DNA of 60,484 nt, counting the filler, from Circinaria calcarea (Eukaryota), in the NCBI GenBank assembly GCA_051942165.1. It is 7 parts of 7 records of this genome, joined end to end, with 100 filler letters (N's around TTAATTAATTAA, not from the genome) between each part and the next. Parts side by side here need not be neighbours in the genome. Positions count along the whole stretch, not along the records: positions 34,649 to 43,202 come from JAVECS010001092.1; positions 43,303 to 51,855 come from JAVECS010001093.1; 5 more parts are not named here. The stretch is one strand, 5' to 3'. Positions within the stretch are counted from its first letter, which is position 1, and every line of letters starts with the position of its first letter. Shown piece by piece: positions 34,652 to 48,400 of the stretch. The position numbers and the translations under genes were made by a program. The notes below the pieces were generated by a model, which was not told the origin of the DNA, did no database searches, and worked only from the letters and a program-made list of their open reading frames with translations.

Positions 34652-34770
34652 ACATACAACAGCTGGTATTCGCTGGTGGTCACCCACCCAACTACTAATC
34701 AGCCGATCTCAAGCTTATGTATGGCAGAGCGGACGGGATACCCAGTGTTCTTGAGTCTGTGGTCGTATGT
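34652..34770 (-). rRNA. Dispersed 5S rRNA gene
   Basis: Reverse complement reads ACATACGACCACAG...ATCCCGTCCGCTCTGCC..TAAGC...TTAGTAGTTGGGTGGGTGACCACCAGCGAATACCAGCTGTTGTATGT, followed by a T-run Pol III terminator. About 119 nt with complementary ends. Confidence 0.96.
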
Positions 34771-34793
34771 GATAGTCAGTTAGCTTAAAGCGG

Positions 34794-34801
34794 TATATAT
34801 T
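34794..34801 (-). promoter_or_regulatory. TATA-like element ~25-30 nt upstream of the 5S gene
   Basis: ATATATA at -24 to -30, the position known for dispersed 5S genes in Neurospora. Confidence 0.6.
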
Positions 34802-35432
34802 AGTGTAGTATGATTTGACGGGGAATGTGCCGAGAGGAGTTTCAACTTCGCTGAGTCACAACTTTGGTCTCAGGGGAAACAGTTATTGATAGGATCTGCA
34901 AATACCAGGGATTGATTGGTCACTACATATAAAATCCCCCCTGGTTGGGATTCTATTTGCTAAGATAGCTATGGACTAGTTGGCATATCAACGTCGTTTG
35001 TAATTGCATGTTACAGGAGCTCTCTGGCCAGCCCAAGCAGCTACGAGATGCCCTCATGCAAAATCTCTATAGCTCTCAAATAGTATTTGGGTGTTGAAAT
35101 ATCTGATTGTCACCACTTATATTGTCTGATCTTCATTGCAGATGCTGGAGAAGACATCTAAAGCTAGAAAGTGGTGTTCATCTTCGCAATCCGAGTGAAG
35201 TCCTGACGCAAAAGAGAAGTGTGCGTAAGACGCAAAGAAGAATGCGTTTTGGGTTTGCACCTTAAATAGAGGCGTCTAGCCTTTTGGCAGCCACGAATAC
35301 ACTAAACCATGGTGTGCTAAAGTTAATGATCCGCTAGCATCGGTGTAGAAAACTAACACAGCACGTACTCGATAACTCGTTCGGTCGTTTCCTCCAGATC
35401 AACGAGCATGCCCGGGTAGATACGCTAGATCT

Positions 35433-35876
35433 TCATTGCTTGACATACTTTGTATGTGTACCGGTACAAACCATTGGGCCAGGACTATCGCCCTCACCAG
35501 CCTTGCGAATCTCAACGGTTGTAAACGCAAGAGTTGAGCCAACTTTGCTTGCGCGTCCTTCCACCTCCAGCCAGTCTCCTTCCTTTGCGGTAGAGATATA
35601 TGTAGTGTGGATGTCCGTTGATAGTCCAGTCTTTTTCAGACCGGTTGATGCAATTGCCATACCGCCAGCCCAATCGGTAAGGCATGCCGAAACGGTACCA
35701 TGCAGTGTCCCCTTGGAGTTAAGGTGGATTGGTTCTACCCGAAGGCGCGCGTTGACTACACCTTTGCTTGCGGAGACAATTTCGATGTCGCCAAGTAACA
35801 ATCGATAAATGGTACTTTTGGGCTTCATCTCATTCCACAATTCTTGCACGTTTGCAAGCTCTGGAGTAGTCGCCAT
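35433..35876 (-). CDS. Hotdog-fold acyl-CoA thioesterase (ACOT13/PaaI-like)
   Basis: HLNSKGTLHGTVSACLTDWAG, GLSTDIHTTY, KVGSTLAF, TGTHTKY; likely start MATTPE at 35876. Confidence 0.92.
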   Translation of the reverse strand: MATTPELANVQELWNEMKPKSTIYRLLLGDIEIVSASKGVVNARLRVEPIHLNSKGTLHGTVSACLTDWAGGMAIASTGLKKTGLSTDIHTTYISTAKEGDWLEVEGRASKVGSTLAFTTVEIRKAGEGDSPGPMVCTGTHTKYVKQ

Positions 35877-36277
35877 GATAGACCGGTGGGGTTTGTGGGA
35901 TGAGCGGACTGAAATGTGGGAGGTTACTTTGTAGATTTTCTCTGGGGCAAAAGGATTTTGGACCGCCGTAGCAGGTGACAAGGTCATGAGCTACCATACA
36001 GCTTCTGAGCACGTAACCCAGCTCTGACAGCTGATATTATTCTCTCATAGTATATGGTGATCCTTCGACGATGACAGCACGGAGGCTACCACCATAGAAA
36101 ATCATCGTTGAGCCTGTACTGGCCCTTGTTGTAACAGTCCGTCATGTAGAAGGACGAGGATTCCAGTTAGCATATCTTGCTATTAAGGTCCCTGACATGA
36201 GGCATCTGTTATATGCTTAGGTACCAATCTCCACATTGGCCCGTTTAAATCTTCCCTGGTTTCACCGGGGAGGCAGG

Positions 36278-39200
36278 ATGTCTGCTGCATTCCTGGACTC
36301 TATATCGCCATGGGCTTCGCGGTCTTCTACACCTAAACTTGGGCAGGCGAAAGCGGACAAGGTTGATGAGAAACTTTCTCCGAGTGGTATCAACAAACAG
36401 CAGCAGGGCGGTGACCATCGTATCAGCCATCGCCACCGGCTTAGTCTAAAGAAGTACCCGGAAGATTGCCCTCCTGTGAACATCAGATGGTTTTACGCGG
36501 TTGATGTACGGTTCTAAGTTTGCATGCACGACAATGCTATCCTAATGTTGATTTATACAGGTACCGAAACGAAAACCATCTTCGCTATACAAGCCCTCCG
36601 AGCCGGCCAAGCCTCTTCCCCCGCCAAAGAAATTCGTCGCCTTTTCTGCCCGTGACTCTCGCGCTATCGAATCAGCATTTCAGAGGCTTGCTGAAGAGGA
36701 AGAATCGGTAGGGAAAGAAGAGGATGTCACAGGCGACATAGCCGACGCTGAGCTTCGGGTCAAGGAAGCAATCGGTGATATTGGATCAAAGAAAAACACT
36801 AGTATCAACGATGCTGCAGAGGAAGAAAAAGGAGGCCTCGTGAAAGTACCTGTGAATGAGGACTTCTTGTTTGATGTCGATATCGACCACAGAGAGCTAG
36901 CACCAACTTACTGGCTCGGTCCCATCTACGATGTCCGTCGTGGTAGCTGGTTCTATCAGGAAGGTACCCTACTCCGCCCCTGCGATGAGAACCTGGCGAC
37001 ACAGCTAGAGGAAGGATATGTCAAAGCCAAGCCCTGGCGGTATGAACCCACTCCTCCTCAAAGATCTACATCACAGGCAAAGAGACCAACCTCACTGAAG
37101 CCTGGTGAGGATGTCGGAAAGCTTGGTGCTACCAGTATAAAGCCACCGAGGATGCTCTCAGCAGATGATGCCAAAAACAGAACCAAGGAAGACACCGCAG
37201 AGGCGGCCACCAGCCCACCGAAGTATCAACTTCAAACGCACCGGCTTTTCGGGACTTATATGAATTCAGTGGTAACATACCAGGATGCAACCGTGGCTTG
37301 GCTGCTTACAGACGATTTTCTCTCTCGGATGAGTAGCACCGTTTATCAGCGCTTCGCTGGTGGAGGTCATCTGGGCGGTGTAAAGGTTGTCCGGGGGTTT
37401 ATTGAGAACATTGGAGGTAAGGAAACCAAAGCAGAAAACGAGATTAACGCCGAGAAGAGAAATTCGGAAGAACGTGGAAGGTCACTGGATAACTCCAAGG
37501 AACGGTCCGCACCGCCAAGTGTGGAACATACAATGAGCAGTGGTGCGGAAGTCGCGCAGGAAAAAGAGACTGAGTTTGAATCTAAACGAAATGCGTTGGA
37601 GCGTCAAATGGCTACGATCGTCTCCTCTCCCGGGCCCGAAGATCCCGCCAGCCAAGAAGAGGAAGCTCGGAAACGCGATGAGCACGAGATCCAAGATGAC
37701 TATCGTGCCGATGGTGAGGATCAAGGAAGGGAGATAGAACATCTGATACTTGTGACGCATGGTATTGGCCAGAGGCTTGGGATGAAATTGGAAAGCGTCA
37801 ATTTCATCCATGATGTGAATGTGCTTCGCAAGACTCTGAAGAATGTCTATGAAAACTCCCCTGACCTGCAGGCCCTCAACTCCGAGGTCGACAAGCTGCC
37901 AAAGAATTGTCGTATTCAGGTACTTCCAGTAGTGTGGCGGCATTTGCTCGACTTTCCCAAACAAAGCCTCAAGCAGCAACGAAAGGAACAGGACGTCAGT
38001 GAGGCGGATGCTCTAGTGGACGATGAGGACTACCCCAGTCTTACTGATATCACCATTGAAGGCGTTCCTGCTGTTCGGAACCTGATTACCGACCTAGCAT
38101 TGGACATACTTTTATACCAAAGTGCCTATCGAGAGCATATCTCTGGCATTGTACAGCGAGAGTGTAATCGCATTTTCAAGCTCTTCGTACAACGAAATCC
38201 TAGCTTTAAGGGCAGGGTGAGTCTTGTTGGCCATTCTCTAGGCTCTGCCATTTTGTTTGATGTCCTTTGTCGACAGAAAGAGAAGATGGCAGGCTCCGCG
38301 CCAACTCAGAGCTGGCAACAGGCGAAGCGAGTCAATAGTATTGGGCAGCAGGAGGAGAGACCGGACTTGAGCTTAGATTTCGAGGTCCAGGATTTCTACT
38401 GCTTAGGGTCGCCAATTGGCCTCTTCCAAATGCTCAAAGGGCGCACCATTGCGGGCCGTGCTTCTCCTGATGGGATGCCCGCTGAAAGCCCGATGGATCC
38501 TGATTCGGTTGATAACCCTATCCTTCGATCATATTCTTCCCGCTCAACTGGTGCATCAGCAGCAAAGAACACCAACATTCTAACTATTGGTGTGTCCTCG
38601 CCCAAATGCGGTCAGATCTACAACATATTCCATCCGACAGATCCTATCGCGTATAGAATCGAGCCACTGATCTCGCCCGCGATGTCGTCCCTGAAGCCAC
38701 AACCTCTCCCATATACCAAACGAGGAATTTTTGGAGCACCGGGGCTCACAGGCATTGGCGCTCGAGTCGGTCAGAGCGTCTCTGGATTTTGGTCCAATAT
38801 CACAACTGGTGTTGCGAGCAGTCTCTTGAACCGTAGTCTTGGCTTGACACATGAAGGATATACCCCCGTTCAAACAAGGTCTCCACTATCGATGGGTGCA
38901 GGGACAAACATTGCTGGAGGCGGCGTAATCTCCGGGTTAGAGGCAATGAAGGAGGAGAAGAGGAAGATGCAAGCCAACGCCGCAGTCGGCATCGATTCCA
39001 GTGTGGACCATCCCATGACATTGATTGACACCGAGATTGAGACGCTATATTCCGGCTTCGAAAAGCGACGGAAGAGCCAACAGAGTGACGGGGGAAGAGA
39101 CCTGGGAGAAAGCGCGGAGTGGCAGGAGGCTGACGATCGAGCAAAACGGCTTAAGAGAGAGGAAGCCAAAATCCGCGCCTTGAACAGTAACGGCAGGGTG

Positions 39201-39399
39201 GACTTTAGCATTCAGGAGTAAGTCCCTAAATCAAGGGAGGCTTGGTCAGACGAACCGCTAACACGGCTTTGCCAGGGGCGTGTTTGACATCTCTTTGATA
39301 GCCAGCATCGCCAGCCACCTCTCGTACTGGGGCGATGAGGATGTCAGTCACTTTATGATTTCTCAACTTTTGTCTAGGCAGAGAACTGTACGACGCTGA
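36278..39399 (+). CDS. DDHD-domain intracellular phospholipase A1 (yeast Ddl1-like)
   Basis: RWFYAVD|VPKRKP, HLILVTHGIGQ, lipase motif GHSLG, YNIFHPTDPIAYRIEP, NGRVDF, ASHLSYWGDED. Introns at ~36506-36560 and 39218-39275. Confidence 0.93.
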
Positions 39400-40630
39400 A
39401 GCAGCATCTTATGGGCCTTGAATGAAAGCATAGCGATGGCGTTCCTGTGGATCAATACCCAGCGTATCACTGATAGAGAGATTTTGCCTGCGGAGCATTC
39501 TACAGTCACTCAAGCTTATAGATGATTCTCCTAGATGTATGAAACGAATGTCTGTTAGGACTGACCCGTACTGAATGTTCGATCTGCTAGAGTGTCACGA
39601 GTGTTTCGGTAGAGTAATTCGTTCTACTTGTTTGACCGGGATAACCGTCCGCCAAAAGGTCATCAAGCAAAATGTGTATATATGATTGATCCGATTCATC
39701 ATATACATTTGGAGAAAGGGCCTACCAACAGATCTAGAAATACATGCGTTAGGAAATGGAAGGCATTGAAAAAGGGTCAAAACATGCATTGTGATCACAA
39801 CCCGCCCTTTCGGCTCGAGAAGATAGCTGGTGCTATCAAACCAAAAGGGGTAAGAATATCTTCCTCTAAAGCCAAAGCGAAAGCAACCGTTCTTGAGAGC
39901 TGCAGTACGTATGCCGCAGATAAGGGATTTCGAGAAACAAGAGGAAGAAGAGGAAAGGGAGCAGGGGGAGGAAGAGGAGGAAGAGGAAGAAGACGGAGAA
40001 GACGAAGAAGAAGATACTCCACAAGCGAACGATTTATCCAAGGTTAATTATAATCTATAACTATTATATGACTGAATAGCTAATTATATTAATAGCTTCA
40101 TACCAAAGATAATTGGACGAAAGATGATAAAGTGGAGTGTCCCATAGAACACTGCTACACTTCGCTTTTGGCGAGCGCCCGTAACCTAGAAGAACACTTC
40201 GGCAGAATATATAAGGAAATAACAAAATATGATTAGCATATTCATATTTTGAGGTTCGGAAATAAGGGGCTGTTAGGGTGTTTGCATGGAAAGCGATTGG
40301 CATTTGAGTGCAAGTCCTGCTGGAAAATGCCCAAATATGTACAATAGAAACATAGTCGGGAGATTGTGCTTAATGCTCCGTGCAGGGGGGTCGACAACCA
40401 CCACGTAAGCCGCGGCGTAACGTCCTGATGGTAGGAGCGACGAACGAGCTGGCCTACCTGCGCCAAATCTACATATATCTTGTGCATGACGAATCTCATG
40501 TGAATGATCAGGCAGCCACCATTGTACTCGATCAACCGGCTGCTACATTCTGCCTTTCACAGTTCACCTCTCTGTAACCCCGTCATCCCTCTCCAAAGTC
40601 GATTTGCTTGAACGCGCTACTGTGGTAAAA

Positions 40631-42828
40631 ATGAATGTCCTTAAGCTCCAGAGGTAGGCATCGAGCAAGCATCGGAGACAGCAAATGAGACGGGACAGCT
40701 GAGACGAAATTGCGCCAGGAAATACCCTCAGTTCCAGCAGAACGAGATCTTCGGCCTCCAGGATGCCTTCCGCAAATTGGATGTGGACGACAAGGGTTAT
40801 ATCGATGAGGCTACGGTGATTAAGGCCACGCAAGCATCAGAACGACAACCATACGATGTGGTACGGCAGGCGTTGAAGGAGGTGGAGCTGGATAGCTCAA
40901 GGAGGGTGGAACTGGACGACTACGTGGACGTAGGTGACCAACAACCAGCATATGGCACAGGCAACGGGGAAGACAAAGCATTCAATAGCTAACTTTACCT
41001 TCCAGCTTATTTCAAAGATTAGAACTACTACGCCATCTCAACAACCACGTATGACAACGGGCCGGGCGCGGGGATCAAGTAACGCTGCGAGCAATGAGTC
41101 GCCTCAACCTTCACCAGGTCACAAGTCCAAAGGAAGCACATCAGGGAGGATCCAAGTACAAGGCTCCTCCGCTAACACAACGCATACAATCAATGAGGAT
41201 GAGCGGACAGAATTCACCAGGCACATCAATGCGGTACTTGCCGGAGACCCAGACATCGGATCTCGTCTTCCCTTTCCAACAGACACCTTTGAGATGTTCG
41301 ATGAATGTAAGGACGGATTAGTACTGGCGAAGCTCATAAACGATAGCGTTCCTGATACAATCGACGAACGAGTACTCAATCGGGCTGGAAAGAAGATAAA
41401 GACGCTCAATGCCTTCCACATGACGGAAAACAACAATATTGTTATCAACTCTGCAAAGGCCATTGGCTGCTCGGTGGTAAACATTGGCAGTGGAGACATA
41501 ATAGAGGTTCGGGAGCACTTGATTTTGGGTCTCATCTGGCAGATTATCCGAAGGGGATTGTTGGGAAAGATCGATATCAAATTACACCCAGAACTTTACA
41601 GGCTACTGGAAGACGACGAGACGTTGGAACAGTTCCTTAGACTACCACCTGAACAAATCCTGCTGCGGTGGTTCAATTACCACCTTAAAAATGCGAAATG
41701 GGAAAGGAGGTGAGTACTAATAATACGGCTGAAAACTCGACGCTAATATATTCATCAGGGTCTCGAATTTCTCGACGGATGTGAAAGATGGTGAAAACTA
41801 TACCGTCCTTCTCAACCAACTAGCGCCAGAGACCTGCAGTCGAGCGCCCCTGCAAACTAAGGATCTCCTACAGCGAGCCGAGCAGGTACTGCAAAATGCA
41901 GACAAGCTTGACTGTCGCAAATTCCTTTCTCCGACATCATTAGTTGCTGGCAATCCCAAACTAAACCTTGCCTTTGTTGCCAATCTCTTCAATACTCATC
42001 CCGGCCTCGACCCGATCACGGAAGAAGAAAAAATGGAGGTTGAAGATTTTGACGCTGAAGGAGAGCGGGAAGCTAGAGTCTTCACTTTGTGGCTCAACTC
42101 CCTGGATGTACAACCATCAGTCTATTCATTATTCGACAATCTCCGGGACGGAACCATCCTCCTTCAAGCATATGATAAAGTTATCCCTGGCAGCGTCAAC
42201 TGGAAACACGTCAACAAAGCTCCTGCGAGCGGTGGAGAGATTTCGAGATTCAAAGCGGTCGAGAACACGAATTACGCCATTGAGTTAGGAAAGCAGATGC
42301 GATTCTCTCTCGTTGGTGTTCAAGGCGCAGATATCACGGACGGGCAACGGACGCTCACCCTAGGGCTCGTGTGGCAACTGATGCGCAGGGATATCTCCGA
42401 GACACTATCAGCCTTGGCACAACGACTGGGTAAACGTGAGATTACGGACGCAGAGATGGTGAAGTGGGCCAACGAGCAATCGAAAAAGGGCGGAAAGAGC
42501 TCGGCGATCCGAAGTTTCAAGGATCAAGCTATCGGCACGGGAGTTTTCTTGCTGGATGTGCTGAACGGGATGAAGAGTTCGTATGTTGACTACGACCTGG
42601 TGACGAGCGGTAAGAATGACGAAGAGGCGTACGCGAACGCGAAACTGGCGATCTCGATAGCGAGGAAAATGGGTGCGACGATTTGGTTGGTGCCGGAGGA
42701 TATCTGCCAAGTACGGTCGAGACTGGTGGTTACTTTTATAGGTATGCTTACGTTCGAGTGGGGTTTTGGGACCATTACTGACTAGTGTCCTTTCAGGTTC
42801 ACTGATGGCTACGTATGAGAAGATGTAG
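40631..42828 (+). CDS. SAC6: Fimbrin (EF-hand plus two actin-binding CH pairs)
   Basis: MNVLKLQR|KYP, THTINEDERTEFTRHIN, LPPEQILLRWFNYHL, FDAEGEREARVFTLWLNSL, ARKMGATIWLVPEDI; four introns. Confidence 0.96.
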
Positions 42829-43121
42829 ATGAGCCTCTTGTATGCTATTACTAAGCCATCCTACCCACTTGTGATGGGTATATGCCCCTGTGCTATGTTG
42901 CTTCCAACCTTTGAACAGTCGTTCAAGCACAGCTGGATGATAAGTCTTCTCGCAGTGTATTTTTCTTACTAATCTCACTTGATAAAAGGTAAAACGCCAA
43001 GCGTTCTCGAGGATATCCCCACACTTTTTAGAAACTCCCGAATAGCTTGCTGCTATCAATTTGAAAAGGCACCGGAAAGAATAAGTCATCTCCCCCCCCC
43101 AAAAATCCCCCACGCACTCAT

Positions 43122-43124
<3 letters not shown>

Positions 43125-43157
<33 letters not shown>
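43125..43157. repeat. (CT)n microsatellite near contig end
   Basis: ctctctct... run. Confidence 0.9.
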
Positions 43158-43160
<3 letters not shown>

Positions 43161-43202
43161 CCCCAAGCCCCAACCCAACCCAATTTTTCCTGGCAAAACT
43201 AC

Positions 43203-43302
43203 NNNNNNNNNNNNNNNNNNNNNNNNNNNNNNNNNNNNNNNNNNNNTTAATTAATTAANNNNNNNNNNNNNNNNNNNNNNNNNNNNNNNNNNNNNNNNNN
43301 NN
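43203..43302. other. Artificial contig spacer
   Basis: N44-TTAATTAATTAA-N44. Confidence 0.98.
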
Positions 43303-43329
43303 ATATTTATTGGGCTGATGGGAATGCAG

Positions 43330-45481
43330 GTGGTGGCAGCTTTGGCAAGGTCTATAAAGGGTACGGTGCATGATAATCTAAGTGTCGATAGGATACTGAG
43401 CTGTCGCAGAGTTGATCGACGTACAGGCCAGGCTGTAGCGATAAAGGTTATAGACGTCGAGAATGCCGAGGATGAAGTTGAGGATATTATTCAGGAAATA
43501 TCCATCCTCTCGGAACTCCATTCTCCCTATGTGACGAAATATCATGGCTCCTTTCTCAAAGGTTCAGACTTGTGGATCATTATGGAATTCTGCTCTGGCG
43601 GAAGCTGTAGTGATTTAATGAAGCCAGGTTTGATTCCAGAAGAATATATAACTATCATAGTCAGAGAACTCCTGATGGGTCTGGATTATCTGCACGGAGA
43701 TAAGAAGTTGCACCGAGATATCAAAGGTGAGAAGGGTGGCTGTAAAGTATGGGTTTTCGCTGTGTGCTGGCACTGACTATCTGATAGCTGCCAACGTGCT
43801 GTTAGGGGCCAACGGACAAGTCAAACTGGCAGACTTTGGCGTTTCTGGACAGCTCTCGGCCACGATGACTAAGAAGAATACTTTTGTTGGTACACCTTTC
43901 TGGATGGCCCCTGAGGTTATCAAACAGTCAGGATACGACCATAAGGCAGACATATGGTCTCTAGGAATAACAGCCCTTGAACTTGCCAAAGGAGAGCCTC
44001 CGTACTCAGACATCCACCCTATGAAGGTTCTCTTTCTGATTCCAAAGAACCCACCTCCGACCTTGCAAGGTGACTTCAGTAGACCCTTCAAGGACTTTGT
44101 GGAGCTCTGTCTAAGGCGTGACCCCAAAGAACGACCTTCTGCCAAAGAACTGCTGAAGCACCCCTTTGTACGCCGTGCCAAAAAGACCACATATCTCACA
44201 GAGCTGATCGAGCGTTATGAACGTTGGCAAGCTGTGCATGGTGATCATGAATCTGATAGCGATGAGGAATCGCAAGGAGATTCCCCAGAGCACGATGTCG
44301 GAGACGAAGACCTCTGGGATTTCGGTACGGTCCGGCCTGTAGGGAGCAGGGGTCCTGGGCTCAGGGCGATGAACGACTCGGCGACCAACTCGAGGGCTTA
44401 TGGTCATAGTTCTGACACCGCGGGCAATCAGCCGGCAAATCCTAACAAGCCGAGGACTGTTATAGGCCACAACAAAGATAACATAGCGCATCTTAACCAG
44501 GACACTGTAAAGCCTAATCTACAGGCTAATGCTCAGTCTAGAGGCATCTCTCCCCAGCGACGACCACTTGAGCAGGTGAGCCCTGCGTCTCCGGGGGCGG
44601 CGGCTAAGATACCACTCCCACCTTCTCCAATGAAACCACCATTGAACGAGGCAAGACCTCAAGGGGTCGCTAGCCATGTTTCTAATACGCCTTTAGGATC
44701 ACGGCAAGCGAGTTCACCGGCCACTAAGATTGATGGGGTCCTCCAAAGTTCGTTGTCGAGTAAGATGAAGGGTCTAGGACTTGACCCCTGGCCAGCTTCG
44801 GGTGACAATTTTGCAGTCCACTCTGAGTCACCGATCTTAAGCATGCCACTAAACCAGCAGTTGATGAAGCCACGGGAACCAATCACGCTCCAAGAGATTC
44901 CGCCTTTTCAAGGTCATCCGAGAGTTGTACCACCCAGTCAACCGACACCATCCAAACCCCCACTTTCACCAGCATCACCCCCTATACAGCGGCAACTTTT
45001 ACCTGCGTTCTCACCCGCAGCAGTCCCCCAATCTCACCAGCCAATAGTGTCCTTGCAATCCATCCAAACAAGCGAATGTGCTCCACCCCGAAACTCCACC
45101 GACTCTGCACAGTCGGCAAGCTTCCCTGCCAGTGGTCCAAACGTTGAGATTACTGCGCTCAGTGGCGTTATCGTACCCGCACTCGAAGCAGCGCTTCAAC
45201 GTCGTACATACTGTCTGAACACGGCTGTGCGTAGTGCAAAATCTACAGATAACGTTAGCGCAGAGCAGAGTACGCAAAAGCGTCAGTACGCACACGAAAA
45301 GCTGAAGAAGCTCGTGATCAAGGTAGCTGGTGTGTTCAGCGAGATAGAGAAGTGGGACAACCAAGCGCCTGTAGGTATGGGAGGAGAGGTTAACGCCTTC
45401 TTGGAGGGATTCTTAGAGGAAGTGCTTGTGAGAGTGGAGGCTGAGGACGAAGAAGGGATGGGCAGTCCTACAAGGCGCTAA
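43330..45481 (+). CDS. STE20/GCK-III family Ser/Thr kinase (MST3/STK24-like; 5' exon lost in gap)
   Basis: [57 protein letters not shown]. Introns at 43361-43409 and 43727-43787. Confidence 0.94.
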
Positions 45482-48400
45482 AAATGATGCCCGACATGTG
45501 CAGAAATCAATGTCGGGTTACGGGCATGAGGCCCTTCTGAACTTACTGCTTCTTTATCGACCATGACGGCGGTAGCACAAGTATGCCGAGTACTGTACTT
45601 CTGTTTGGGTGTTTGGAGGCGGGGAGACATAGTCAATGCACGTCAGCCGGTCATAGTTCTTGATACCCTAAAGATTTTGGGCTGTGGCAATTTTCCCTTT
45701 GTACAGTGGAATTCAGTCCATGATCACATGGCAAGATCGAATTTTCACTATCGCGGGCTTTGATTCACGGCGAAAGGTGGTCTCGATTCCTCCCCCGTAC
45801 CTCCAAGGCACCACCTCGCTGCACGATTGCATCAGACGGCGAACAACTACCCACGCTCTAGCGAAAAGGTCTTCTATCCAAGGGTAGTCTTTATTCCTCT
45901 ATCCCCGTCGGACCTACACACACGTTCCTTATCCAACCGAGTATCCCCATCTCCTCACCTGCCTTCTCACCACATACGCAGCACCGATCTAGAATATTCT
46001 ATCCCCCAGCCGCATGGTGGAAGGGTCACCGGTCTTCCAGCACCTCATGGAAAGACCTGAACACCTCTGTACACACACTACGTTGTAGGAAGAGGAGGTC
46101 CAGCGTCTCCACGTATTCTGTAGCTCTTTTCACTTTAATCACGAAATAGGAAGGCCCAACTGCTTTCCATCTGGGCCCTTTGAGACCCGGAAACAATCTC
46201 GATGCGATCCATTACGCAAGCGACCATGGACCAATCAGTGGCCTGCGCAGCCATGTGGCGGTTGACGCAAGGATACTCGGTAGTAGCACGGCGGATCATC
46301 GTCGATTTACTAGCACCAGGCAGAAGTCGTCCAGTAATATCCTTTCAGTCCGTGCTACGGCACTCGAAATGTCTCGAATCTCATTGTCATGGATAGCATA
46401 GACCTGGATCTCCAAGATGCATGCAGAGATCAGTTGAGTGTGGCGGACTGGATATGGCATGGTTGGAAACGCCCTTCTTGCCTGATCGAGCCACCCAGTA
46501 GTACTATAGTAGACAACACCCCATCGGTGAGCGGGAGTAAGTTCCAATCTTGTCGGGGCTCCAGCGTTGTCGTCGAGCCAGCGACCGTACCACTGGGACT
46601 GAGCACCTGGTACCTGAACGGCGATCACGATCATCGCGACAGAGGGTCCATGGACCCAGCGTGCTGTTGCTAAGTAAAGCACGACGGGGTGGGAAAGAGC
46701 GGCAGCCGGATCGCAAGTCTTGATATTGTACTGGTAGAGGGTACTTTGCCAAATCTCCATTTAGGGGCCGTCTTCCTGCACGGTGGACCCTTTCAGGGTA
46801 TAGGCCAGCCTTGTGCGATGCTCGGAACTTCCGCAAACGGTGGGACGACCGAGGTCTACGTCATACCTAAGCCAATGCACAGCCACCCAGAGTTGACGTC
46901 CCAACGACCCACCGTCGATCACCAAGCAGGACCTCAATTCGGACGTCTACCTTCTTCTAGATACCGTGAACAGCCTCACCGAAGTAATAATAGGTGCTCG
47001 AGTCCGGGATCTTGGAATGAATAACTGCTTGTCAAGATGGGAGGAGATATCGTTGGATTGCGGAACTTCAAATTAAGCTCTTGGTGCTAAAGAGCGGTGA
47101 CGTAGGCGGCAAAGGATGGATGAAAACTGAAATGAGACCACACGAGCACGACCAAATGCAAGGCAGGAGAACTGCAACTCGAAGTACCAGCTCATATCTC
47201 GACTTGACGGGCGAAGCAGTGCCTGACTATGCCTCCCATGTATTCTCACCACTTGGTACTGAGTGGTCCACTTTTATACAATAGGAACTCTCCTGCAAGC
47301 TCATGCGGAGATACCTCCGGCAGACCATTCGTTCTTCTGATGGGGGACGATCGACTATTCTTAGGTCCTCCAAAATAGTGCTGCCCGCCCGAACTCCCGG
47401 GGTAGCCTTTTGCAGATCGCAATCCTTTACCAGTAAATTCACCCCAGCACTAGAGTAAGTATCCTCCCGTCGGGAACCAGATTCTGCACGGTTACTCCCA
47501 TCTATTCCTGAAGTTGCTTCGAGATTCTAAAATCGACTGAATACTCCAATACGACCACCACGACCACCGCGACCACCGCGACCTGTATGTGACCCTTTAT
47601 AATGTGACCCTTTATACCGTAGACTTGTCTGGGAATAGGGGATCGGGGTAGTGCCCCGGCGGGTCAGGAATCAGCAATGCTGCGTCTAGACTCGCCAACC
47701 ATTACGACTACGACCAGGCTCTGACGTTTTGGCGTCATCGTGAAAGGTCGATGCGGGCTAACGGCTCCCAAGGCCACCGGCGCTCCATGAGAGAACCTCA
47801 GTTCCATGTAGACATCTGCTCCTTCTGCCCGCGGTAGTCAGTACGGGAATGAGGTGGTGGTTGCGCTTATGAGCATATAGAGCGGTGCAGCGCCTACCAA
47901 TTGCAAGTCGACTGAAGCTAATTTTGATGCGATCTCTTGGGCCGTCAGAAGCCCTTTCCGGAGTCTGACACTTGCCCAGAAGCCAAGCATCAAGGTAGCT
48001 GGGGCGGAACCGACCACCTACCGGCAAGGACGCCAGCTAGCGACGACGAAGGCGCAACGGAAAAGGTCGAAGGATCCAAAGGACCCCAAAGGATCGAGGC
48101 AAGATCCTGCCCAGAATGTGGCTTATCCCATTACTGTTCCCGATCTTAATCTCGCCACCACTCCGACTAAGCCACTGGCCTTGCCAGGGGACCCGGCACT
48201 TGGGGTCTCTCAGTCACTTTAAGCTACCATAGTAAGCCCGTCAACACTAAACCGCACATCCACGCGGACAGCCAAAGCTTGTGTAAACTCTCGGACTCGA
48301 TCTTCCCCGCAGACCGTTCGCCCATCCATCACCAAGCACTGACTGTGCATCCACCGGCGACGCACTACCATTTCCTTAGCCTTGCCCTATTCCGTCCCTT

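Noticed and set aside
34802..34812. AGTGTAGTA, resembling the U2 snRNA branch-pairing sequence
   Set aside because: No flanking U2 stems or Sm site; lies in the 5S upstream flank.
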